From positions 1-37,370 of the IMG/VR virus record IMGVR_UViG_3300020045_001670: DNA of 37,370 nt; one strand, written 5' to 3'. Positions 28,078 to 34,969 of the stretch are shown here, piece by piece. A program made the translations under genes and the position numbers. Origin of the DNA: a virus (taxonomy: Duplodnaviria; Caudoviricetes). A model generated the notes under the pieces. The model had not been told where the DNA came from, searched no databases, and was given only the letters and a program-made list of their open reading frames with translations. Each line of letters opens with the position of its first letter. Position 1 is the stretch's first letter.

Positions 28078-28577
28078 CACTGATTACCGAACTGAAATAT
28101 GTAGCAGAGTGGGCGCAGCATCACCAAGATAAAGCGGAGGTAATCAAGAAAGCCGCCGATGCCATTGAAGCGCTGCAAGCCGAGAACGAGTCCCTACGCA
28201 ACGGAGTGCTAGACCTGCAAACACAGCTTGCAATCACATGCTCAAAGCTGGCGACTCTGGAAGCTGATGCGGAGCGGTGGCGCAAGTTTGCATCGCTTGA
28301 TTATGAGATGCGCTGTCAGTGGGTTGCCAACCTGTCTCTGATGCCCGTTCTTCGGGAGGACATAGACAAGTTCATTCTTGATGCTGACGGAAGCATAAAC
28401 GCTAATGCACACCGCTATCAAATACTGCGCAACGAGAAGTATCAGCGTCATGAGGATGACATATCCGTCGCTGATGCGTATTTCCAGACCTACTTTGGCA
28501 AGGAACTGGACGACGCAGTTGATGCACTTGAGGCGCGATACAACGCCATTGACGCAGCCAAGGGAGGCCAGCAATGA
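28074..28577 (+). CDS. Hypothetical coiled-coil protein
   Basis: AADAIEALQAENE, DAERWR, ELDDAVDA motifs. Confidence 0.6.
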   Translation: MTLITELKYVAEWAQHHQDKAEVIKKAADAIEALQAENESLRNGVLDLQTQLAITCSKLATLEADAERWRKFASLDYEMRCQWVANLSLMPVLREDIDKFILDADGSINANAHRYQILRNEKYQRHEDDISVADAYFQTYFGKELDDAVDALEARYNAIDAAKGGQQ

Positions 28578-28777
28578 CCGAACCGCTGCTTACCTGCCCC
28601 GAGTGCGGCACCGATCAAGTAATTGTGAAGGAGGTTCACGCTGTGATGGTCAACACTTTTGAGCACTACTGCCACAGCGTAAAAGCGCACGACTTTGATG
28701 CCCAATGCCATTGCCTTAACTGTGATTGGGATGGTGAACGCAAGGACTTGAAGGGAGGCCAGCATGAAGATGCCTGA
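28574..28777 (+). CDS. Small zinc-ribbon protein
   Basis: CPECG...CLNCDW. Confidence 0.55.
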   Translation: MTEPLLTCPECGTDQVIVKEVHAVMVNTFEHYCHSVKAHDFDAQCHCLNCDWDGERKDLKGGQHEDA

Positions 28778-29012
28778 GCCGGTAGCGAAAGTCTCTGACC
28801 TTGGAATCGTTAAGTACAACCAGCTACGGCACGGAAACGGGGCTTGGGCTGGGCCGTACAAAGACGATGACAACCTATACGACAAGCAAGCCCTGATCGA
28901 CTTGCTGGAGGAAGCTGCGAAGGAGTGCGAGAAAGAATGGTCTACGGGTGCGGAGAGACAGTACGGAGAGATTTGCGCAAGATCAATACGAGACATGAAG
29001 GAAACGCTATGA
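28764..29012 (+). CDS. Hypothetical protein
   Basis: GGAGG RBS; LEEAAKECE..CARSIR motif. Confidence 0.55.
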   Translation: MKMPEPVAKVSDLGIVKYNQLRHGNGAWAGPYKDDDNLYDKQALIDLLEEAAKECEKEWSTGAERQYGEICARSIRDMKETL

Positions 29013-29497
29013 CCACCAAAGACGTATTAGCACTGGCGCTGGAGGCGCTGGAAACAATCATTCAGTACAACCGCGACCATGCCCGCGATCAATACGGTGA
29101 TGCTGAAAAAGCAGAGCGCTGGGCCTGCGTTGTCAAAGCACGTGAAGCCATCACCGCCATCAAGCAAGCACAGCAAGCGCAAGATCCTCTGACGGATGAG
29201 CAACTAGAGCAGGAATTCTGCGAGCTTGTTGGACTGACAACCGGCATCAATCCTGAAGCTGTAGACACCAAACGCGCTTTAGTATGGTTCAAAAGAGGTT
29301 ATCGCCACGCAGCACCCAAGCAAGCGCAGCCAGAAGGCTACAAGCTGGTGCCGGTAGTCGCCACGCCTGAAATGATTAATGCTGGTCGAATTTGCCCGAT
29401 GCCGACAGACAGCGAGTGGGACGAGGACGAGGACTACAGCGCCGTCTACCGCGCAATGCTTGCAGCCGCGCCAACTCCACCGGAGGCGAAAGCATGA
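29009..29497 (+). CDS. Hypothetical mosaic protein
   Basis: LALEALE, PLTDEQ, PEGYKLVP..ATPEM, YRAMLAAAP modules. Confidence 0.6.
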   Translation: MTTKDVLALALEALETIIQYNRDHARDQYGDAEKAERWACVVKAREAITAIKQAQQAQDPLTDEQLEQEFCELVGLTTGINPEAVDTKRALVWFKRGYRHAAPKQAQPEGYKLVPVVATPEMINAGRICPMPTDSEWDEDEDYSAVYRAMLAAAPTPPEAKA

Positions 29498-29754
29498 CCG
29501 ACATCATCAAACTGGCTAGAGAGGCTGGGTTCCATGTTGGCGATCAATTCAGTCCAGCAGGTAGCCAAGAGGATTTGGAGCGCTTTGCGGAGCTTGTCGC
29601 CAAGCAAGAGCGGGAGGCTTGCGCGAAGGTTTGCGAGGATGGAATTGCATCAATCTGGCCTTACCACGACGACAACCGTGGGGATGTTGGCAAAACAGTT
29701 TGCGAAAACTTGGCAAAAGCTATTCGCGCACGCATAAAGGAGCAGCCGCTATGA
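29494..29754 (+). CDS. Hypothetical protein
   Basis: IIKLAREAG..LERFAELVA..EREACAKVCE..AIRAR. Confidence 0.6.
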   Translation: MTDIIKLAREAGFHVGDQFSPAGSQEDLERFAELVAKQEREACAKVCEDGIASIWPYHDDNRGDVGKTVCENLAKAIRARIKEQPL

Positions 29755-29838
29755 GCGACGGAGGAAAGGGCAGCACACCTCGCCCGACAGACATGGACGA
29801 ATTCCGCAAGAACTGGCAGCGCATATTTGGAGACAAGA

Positions 29839-30018
29839 ATGCACCCCCTCGCAACACTCCGAAGCCGCCTGATCGACCACATCCTGAGCCTAAAAAAGAT
29901 TGACGAGGACTATGCACGATGGGCACTCAAGAATTACGAGACGATGTTTCCCGAGCTGGAGCTGATCAATGGCGTGAGGGAGCGATTGGATGAGATACGC
30001 AAGACGCACGGACGCTAA
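29839..30018 (+). CDS. Hypothetical protein
   Basis: GGAG RBS upstream of ATG 29839. Confidence 0.4.
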   Translation: MHPLATLRSRLIDHILSLKKIDEDYARWALKNYETMFPELELINGVRERLDEIRKTHGR

Positions 30019-30262
30019 CCAAAGCATCATTGTCGAGGCTCTACGCAAAGCAGGCGCACGGGTCAAGATCGTTCACCAGCCCTATGACCTGCAAGTATGG
30101 ATAGGCGAGAAAACCTGCTACATGGAAGTGAAAAACCCAAAAACAGGCTACGGGCGCAAGGGAATGAACGCAAAACAGGCCGAGGAAGCGCAAGGGCTAC
30201 CCGTTTGCATGGTGGATAGCGTGGAATCGGCACTCAGGGCGCTAAAAGTTTTGCAAACCTAG
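29990..30262 (+). CDS. PD-(D/E)XK nuclease, VRR-NUC-like resolvase
   Basis: RTDANQ..IV.ALR..GA.V....PYDL.V......MEVK. Confidence 0.7.
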   Translation: MRYARRTDANQSIIVEALRKAGARVKIVHQPYDLQVWIGEKTCYMEVKNPKTGYGRKGMNAKQAEEAQGLPVCMVDSVESALRALKVLQT

Positions 30263-30273
30263 GGTTTCCCCTA
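30260..30273 (+). promoter_or_regulatory. Palindromic promoter site TAGGGTTTCCCCTA
   Basis: 22 nt after CCTAAT to GACAAT; module nearly identical in layout to the one at 22312. Confidence 0.65.
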
Positions 30274-30330
30274 ATTCGCAAGCGTGAAAAAGTGCTAGAC
30301 AATTCAGCTATCAACAACACGGAGAGAGAA

Positions 30331-30555
30331 ATGCAAATTTTGCACAATCCAGCGCCAGAGGCCGTAATCAAAAAACTTAGCTTTGCAGGGGAGTACCTGA
30401 ACCGTGCAAAAGAGTACGAGCAGCTTTTTAAAAGCAATGAAGGCTGGAAGCGTTACCCCGACAAGTATTTTCTTGGTATGGCAGAGCAGCAATACCGCAT
30501 TGCAGGCGTGTACCGCCGTGAAGCAGAGCAACTTATGCATGGCGGTGCGGCATGA
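30331..30555 (+). CDS. Hypothetical protein
   Basis: GGAG RBS after the promoter module. Confidence 0.55.
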   Translation: MQILHNPAPEAVIKKLSFAGEYLNRAKEYEQLFKSNEGWKRYPDKYFLGMAEQQYRIAGVYRREAEQLMHGGAA

Positions 30556-30737
30556 AAACCATCAACGTAAGCGAAGACGCACTAAACACCATTAAACGCA
30601 TGGCGTTAGAGCGTGAGCAGGAAATCGAAATTTTGCGCGAGAGCATCCGAGCAATCAAAGATATTGCGCAGAATCAGGACATCGGCAAGGCATGGGCAAC
30701 GGTGGAAAATCTTTGCAATCAGGCGCTATGCGGGTAG
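30552..30737 (+). CDS. Hypothetical coiled-coil protein
   Basis: ATGA coupling. Confidence 0.5.
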   Translation: MKTINVSEDALNTIKRMALEREQEIEILRESIRAIKDIAQNQDIGKAWATVENLCNQALCG

Positions 30738-31123
30738 TTCTTCACAACCGGCAACAGGGACACACTGCCATGATAGCGGTGTGGGAAGCGGCAAAAGAAG
30801 GGTTACAAGCCGGTAAAAAGCTGGTGCTAACGCTGACAGAGGAAACCCGAAGCAATGAGCAAAACGCAAAGATGTGGGCAACGCTGGCAGAAATATCCAA
30901 TCAGGTGAACTGGTACGGCCAAAATCTGACAGCCGAAGAATGGAAGTGGGTTCTATCCGCAAGCCTGAAAAAGCAGAGGGCAGTTCCGGGTATTGATGGC
31001 GGTTTTGTGGTGCTAGGCCAGTCCACATCAAAGATGACCATAGCGGAAATGTCGGAGATGATTGAGTTGGCTGTAGCGTTTGGAGCGCAACAAGGAGTGA
31101 TTTTTAATGACAGCCCGACCTAA
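30728..31123 (+). CDS. ninB: NinB/Orf recombination protein
   Basis: RSNEQNAKMWATL.EIS.QV.WYG..L..EEWK...GQSTSKMT..EMSEMIE. Confidence 0.85.
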   Translation: MRVVLHNRQQGHTAMIAVWEAAKEGLQAGKKLVLTLTEETRSNEQNAKMWATLAEISNQVNWYGQNLTAEEWKWVLSASLKKQRAVPGIDGGFVVLGQSTSKMTIAEMSEMIELAVAFGAQQGVIFNDSPT

Positions 31124-31415
31124 ATTTCAATACGTGCGCAGCAAAAAGCTGATGGAGGCTTACCGCACGATACCGTGCCAGAACTGCGGACGGGATGACG
31201 GTACGGTTTGCGGCGCACATTCAAATTGGGCTGTAGACGGTAAAGCCAAGGGGCTGAAGGCAAGCGACGACAAATGTGCAAGCCTTTGCTCACGTTGTCA
31301 TTCAGCCCTAGACCAAGGCTATTCAATGAGCGCATTAGAGAAGCGTGAGATGTGGACTAAAGCGCACCTGAAAACAGTGGAAGAACTAACAAAGAGAGGG
31401 CTTTACAAATGGTAA
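31107..31415 (+). CDS. Zn-binding HNH-like nuclease (Nin region)
   Basis: PCQNCG....GAH....G.KASD....LCSRCH..LD. Confidence 0.65.
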   Translation: MTARPKFQYVRSKKLMEAYRTIPCQNCGRDDGTVCGAHSNWAVDGKAKGLKASDDKCASLCSRCHSALDQGYSMSALEKREMWTKAHLKTVEELTKRGLYKW

Positions 31416-31744
31416 ACGACACGGTAAAAAACTGCATAAATTGCAAGCATTTGGGGATAGAAGGTAGATCGGTAGAGTGCGACCCTTGTGATGGCCACAG
31501 CCATTGGCAGCCTGTGCAAGTTGCAACGGTCAAGTCAAACGACCCCGTAAACCACCCCAGGCACTACAAAAATCACCACTCGGGCATTGAGTGCATTCAG
31601 ATCACTGAGCACATGGGTTTTAACCTCGGCAACGCCATTAAGTACATCTGGCGCGCAGACCTGAAAGCGGACGCCATTGAGGATATGAAAAAAAGCATTT
31701 GGTACATCCAGCGTGAAATTGCAAAGCGAGAAAAGAATGTCTAG
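31409..31744 (+). CDS. DUF3310 (T7 gp1.7-like nucleotide kinase domain) protein
   Basis: DPVNHPRHY...GIECI....GFNLGNAIKYIWRA..K...EDMKK..WYI. Confidence 0.8.
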   Translation: MVNDTVKNCINCKHLGIEGRSVECDPCDGHSHWQPVQVATVKSNDPVNHPRHYKNHHSGIECIQITEHMGFNLGNAIKYIWRADLKADAIEDMKKSIWYIQREIAKREKNV

Positions 31745-32192
31745 AAAACAATGCCGCCGTAAGGTCTACCAATTAATGAATCCTGTGAGCCTCGCGATAG
31801 AAGGATGCATGATTACCCCTGATGACAAACTGGCAGAGCTGCAACGGGGTGAACAAGCCTTTCTGAGCGCATTGCTAAACAACACCGACGATCTAAACGG
31901 ATATTACGGACTGTGCGCAATGCTAGGCATCGCTGAGACGATGGCGCGTAATGGTGTAGGGCCGGAAGTGATGCAAGCATGCAAAGTGGCCGAGTTCTCG
32001 CTGATTAAGCTGAAAAACCGCTATGACAAGTGGGGAAAGTGGGATGTAACCGAAGGCGAGAAATACGCTATCCGTGAGTTGATGGAGTGGCACCACCTGC
32101 AAAGAACCAGCATCAGCCGTGGCGAGTACGAAAAGTTCATTGAAAAAGCAACCAACAGAATGCGCAGCAAAGCGCCGGAGGTAGTGGCGTGA
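31737..32192 (+). CDS. Hypothetical protein
   Basis: Coupled ORF starting MSRKQCRRKVY. Confidence 0.55.
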   Translation: MSRKQCRRKVYQLMNPVSLAIEGCMITPDDKLAELQRGEQAFLSALLNNTDDLNGYYGLCAMLGIAETMARNGVGPEVMQACKVAEFSLIKLKNRYDKWGKWDVTEGEKYAIRELMEWHHLQRTSISRGEYEKFIEKATNRMRSKAPEVVA

Positions 32193-32434
32193 GCATGGAA
32201 ATAGTTTACAACTGCATGCTCTCCGGCATCACAGACCGTGAGAAGATCATGAAGCGCACGGGACTGAGCAAAATACAAGTTCAATCCGCTTTAAGCAGCT
32301 TGTATCGCAATGGAAAGCTAGCGATCAAAAGCACGCACAAGGTAGGACGAAACGACCAGTACGACTACGAGGTAAGCAAGAAGCCGAGCATTTACTCGGG
32401 CGTGAACTCAATTTTTAACGTGGGGGTTGTATGA
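32189..32434 (+). CDS. Putative HTH protein
   Basis: IMKRTGLSKIQVQSALSSL helix-turn-helix-like. Confidence 0.5.
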   Translation: MSMEIVYNCMLSGITDREKIMKRTGLSKIQVQSALSSLYRNGKLAIKSTHKVGRNDQYDYEVSKKPSIYSGVNSIFNVGVV

Positions 32435-32697
32435 ACTGCAAGCAAGGTGATTTTGCGATTGTGATTGCTTCGGCTTGGGGTGAGTCAGTTATTGGTCGAG
32501 TTGTTACATGCATTCGGCATGTTCCCCAAGGCTTTGAAACTGAAGAACAGCGTGCGGTCGGGCATGACGTTTGGCTTGTTTCAGACGGTCGCGAAAAGTG
32601 GTTGCACGGTGATTCACGCTTGCGCCCAATCCGAGGCAATAACGGAGAAGACGAAACATTGCAATGGGCACCAGTCCCAACAAAGGAAGCAGCATGA
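32431..32697 (+). CDS. Hypothetical protein
   Basis: MNCKQGDFAIVI...DSRLRPIR..GEDETL.WA.VP motif. Confidence 0.55.
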   Translation: MNCKQGDFAIVIASAWGESVIGRVVTCIRHVPQGFETEEQRAVGHDVWLVSDGREKWLHGDSRLRPIRGNNGEDETLQWAPVPTKEAA

Positions 32698-32808
32698 TTC
32701 CAGAATTCGACTACATGACCGACGAGCAACTAGACGCACTCTTAGCGGGTGGACTGTTTGTTGTAACGATTGTGCTAGCGGTAGTAGGCGCAATTATTTT
32801 GATAAACC

Positions 32809-32822
32809 TAGGGTAAACCCTA
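32809..32822 (+). promoter_or_regulatory. Palindromic promoter site TAGGGTAAACCCTA
   Basis: 22 nt after CCTAAT to TATGAT (-10). Confidence 0.65.
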
Positions 32823-32883
32823 ATACGCAGACGCTAAAACAGGCACTATGATTGAGCCATCAACAACGCAACCGGAGAGAAAT

Positions 32884-33084
32884 ATGCGCAATACAGCAAA
32901 GACAATGGAAGATCAAGCAGAGATAAACGCAAAGCGTCACATTCAATCTTTTGTTCATATGGTTCGTGATGGAAAGTCTTACACAGCCGCATGGGAAGTA
33001 ATCAAAGAGCGCACCACATTGGGCGAAAAAGCGCGTCAGATGCTCTCCGAGCGTTGCATTGCTGCCGAGATCGCAACACGATAA
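32884..33084 (+). CDS. Hypothetical protein
   Basis: GGAG RBS after the promoter module. Confidence 0.5.
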   Translation: MRNTAKTMEDQAEINAKRHIQSFVHMVRDGKSYTAAWEVIKERTTLGEKARQMLSERCIAAEIATR

Positions 33085-33115
33085 ACCCAAGGGCTACGGC
33101 CCTTAAGGATCAAAC

Positions 33116-33415
33116 ATGAAGACACCGCACAAACACGCAGAAATCATCAAAGCATGGGCTGATGGGGCTGAGATTGAAATGTACGAACCGCTTAGTGGTC
33201 AGTATAAATTTGTGAAATCACCGCAATGGCATGAAAGCAACATTTACCGCATCAAAAAAGAAAGTAAACCAGATTCAATTGCGTATTTTTATACCTATTG
33301 CTCAGTTGATGGAGTATTCTGTGGAATGGCTGAAAAAAATCTATTTGAGCCAAATTTGAGATTTGTTTTTGATGGCGAAACAGGCAAGCTAAAAGCGGCA
33401 GAAGTGCTAAAATAG
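33116..33415 (+). CDS. Conserved phage hypothetical protein
   Basis: MKTPHKHAEIIKAWADGAEIE...YRIK...FDGETGKLK.AEVL. Confidence 0.65.
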   Translation: MKTPHKHAEIIKAWADGAEIEMYEPLSGQYKFVKSPQWHESNIYRIKKESKPDSIAYFYTYCSVDGVFCGMAEKNLFEPNLRFVFDGETGKLKAAEVLK

Positions 33416-33421
33416 AACAAA

Positions 33422-33497
33422 GGGCAGGCTCAGAGCTCCCTCCGGCAGTCTCAATCCTAGACTGGACAATTCTCTTAAGTGCGACCAACATCTGCCC
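33422..33497 (+). ncRNA. 76-nt structured element, possibly a degenerate tRNA
   Basis: 7-bp closing stem GGGCAGG/TCTGCCC and central CAGTCT-7nt-AGACTG hairpin; no TTCG T-loop. Confidence 0.25.
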
Positions 33498-33628
33498 GAG
33501 TGTTTAGGTGTTGCAAGCATCAAAAGCGCCGAGCCTTTAAAACATAAGCGCAATTTTGAGAATGGATACATAAAGCAAGCCGCTTGGCATTAATTAACGT
33601 TAATGCAGCTAAAGTACAGGCGGCTTAC

Positions 33629-33726
33629 TTGATGGTGTAAAGGCCCGAAAGGAAACCCACGTACCTGAGTGCGCGTTGCGTCGTAGACTGGGCAGAAGCC
33701 GAAAGGTGGAGACGCTGCACCATCAA
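33629..33726 (+). ncRNA. Unknown structured RNA (multibranch, possible pseudoknot)
   Basis: 11-bp closing stem TTGATGGTGTA/TGCACCATCAA, two GAAA tetraloop hairpins, crossing pairings CCCA/TGGG and GCGTC/GACGC. Confidence 0.5.
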
Positions 33727-33727
33727 C

Positions 33728-33756
33728 TTGTACCAATGAGTAAACAAGCCTAGAAT
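33728..33756 (+). promoter_or_regulatory. Sigma70-like promoter heading the packaging/structural operon
   Basis: TTGTAC-N17-TAGAAT, with ATG 7 nt downstream of the -10. Confidence 0.55.
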
Positions 33757-33762
33757 AGCCCT

Positions 33763-33921
33763 ATGCCTTGGACACCAGCCCAACACCGACTATTTGAAGC
33801 CGCTGCACACAATCAAGCAGTGGCTAAACGTGTAGGCATCCCACAGGGGAAAGCACAGCAAATGGCGAATGAAGGCGTAAAGGCGAAACAACTAGCGGAA
33901 GCTCTCCGCAAGAAAGGGTAA
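33763..33921 (+). CDS. 52-aa basic protein (not in ORF track)
   Basis: MPWTPAQHRLFEAAAHNQAVAKRVGIPQGKAQQMANEGVKAKQLAEALRKKG; ends 1 nt before the next ATG. Confidence 0.65.
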   Translation: MPWTPAQHRLFEAAAHNQAVAKRVGIPQGKAQQMANEGVKAKQLAEALRKKG

Positions 33922-33922
33922 T

Positions 33923-34138
33923 ATGGCTTTCACTGAGGCACAACTCCAAGCGCAGATCGCAGCCGATGGCTCCGGCGCAAAGATCACCAAGTTTCTGAAC
34001 GCAGGCACTAGCACTGACGTTTATGTGCAGAACCTGAACACGACCACCAGCGATAAAACAGGCTGGACTCAAGTTCCCCAAAGCAACACCGCAGCACAAG
34101 CAGCAGCTTTGATTCGGGCAAACCTGACTGCGCGCTAA
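33923..34138 (+). CDS. Small hypothetical protein
   Basis: AAGGG RBS, good codon bias. Confidence 0.6.
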   Translation: MAFTEAQLQAQIAADGSGAKITKFLNAGTSTDVYVQNLNTTTSDKTGWTQVPQSNTAAQAAALIRANLTAR

Positions 34139-34193
34139 AGCAGGAAGCGTGCCATAATTGGCCATCTGAACTAGACAGTTTTAGAGGTATGAC

Positions 34194-34484
34194 ATGGCAA
34201 AGGGTATTAAAACAGGCGGCAGGGCCACAGGAACGCCCAACAAGGCGACGCAAGAGGCAAGACAGGCCATTGCCTCTTTTGTTGAGGGAAACGCTCATAG
34301 GCTCACTGAGTGGCTCGACAAGGTAGCAGACGGCGATCCAGAGGGCGACATCAAGCCCAACCCCGCAAAGGCTTTTGAGTTGTTTCAGTCAGTAGTGGAA
34401 TATCACATCCCTAAACTGGCACGACAAGAGCACACTGGCAAAGATGGCGACGATATTGGCCTAGTCATCAAATGGGTGGAATAA
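34194..34484 (+). CDS. terS: Terminase small subunit (putative)
   Basis: KTGGRATGTPNKAT N-terminus, EYHIPKLARQEHTGKDG..I..VIKW C-terminus; upstream of terL. Confidence 0.7.
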   Translation: MAKGIKTGGRATGTPNKATQEARQAIASFVEGNAHRLTEWLDKVADGDPEGDIKPNPAKAFELFQSVVEYHIPKLARQEHTGKDGDDIGLVIKWVE

Positions 34485-34969
34485 TGGCAAAAGGCGACAC
34501 ACGACTACGCAGAAGCCTATGGGACAGATTCCATGACAAGGTAAGCCCTGAGGCCTTGAGTGGATGCTGGAATTGGATAGGCGCTGTTAAAGAGCTTGGA
34601 TATGGCGTGATTGGATTAGGCCATCGTAGTGATGGAACGGCTAAAGCGCACAGAGTCGCATACAACCTATACAAGGGGCCAATTCCTAATGGGTTGGCAA
34701 TCCTTCATGAATGCGACAATCCGGCTTGCGTTAATCCTGCACATCTGCGTGCTGGGACATTGGCTGAAAACATGCAAGATTGCGTAAAGCGTAAACGCAA
34801 TTTCTGCCCAGACAATCGAGGCGAGAAATCAACAACTGCAAAGCTAAATTACAAGTCGGTGGAACATATCCGCAAAAAGGAAATGACCGGCATTGCCTAT
34901 GCAAAAATGTATGGCGTAAGCAAAAGCGCCATTTATCAAATTTGGGCGGGTAAAAATTGGCCTCAGTAA
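34484..34969 (+). CDS. Free-standing HNH homing endonuclease between terS and terL
   Basis: GCWNWIG...GYG...AHRVAY..KGPIP.GL.ILHECDNPACVNPAHL..GT..ENMQD plus C-terminal HTH; TAATG-coupled to terS. Confidence 0.9.
   Translation: MAKGDTRLRRSLWDRFHDKVSPEALSGCWNWIGAVKELGYGVIGLGHRSDGTAKAHRVAYNLYKGPIPNGLAILHECDNPACVNPAHLRAGTLAENMQDCVKRKRNFCPDNRGEKSTTAKLNYKSVEHIRKKEMTGIAYAKMYGVSKSAIYQIWAGKNWPQ

Noticed and set aside
33535-33541. CTTTAAA as an ochre-suppressor anticodon loop for the terL stop
   Set aside because: Flanks do not form an anticodon stem and no tRNA body surrounds it
33600-33726. Known self-cleaving ribozyme (twister-like TAATGCAGC, HDV-like pseudoknot, hammerhead-like CTGA/GAAA)
   Set aside because: The remaining conserved core nucleotides and helices of each class could not be placed
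34484-34969. Group I intron or intein housing the HNH
   Set aside because: The HNH abuts terS and terL with overlaps, leaving no room for intron core elements; no intein splice motifs seen
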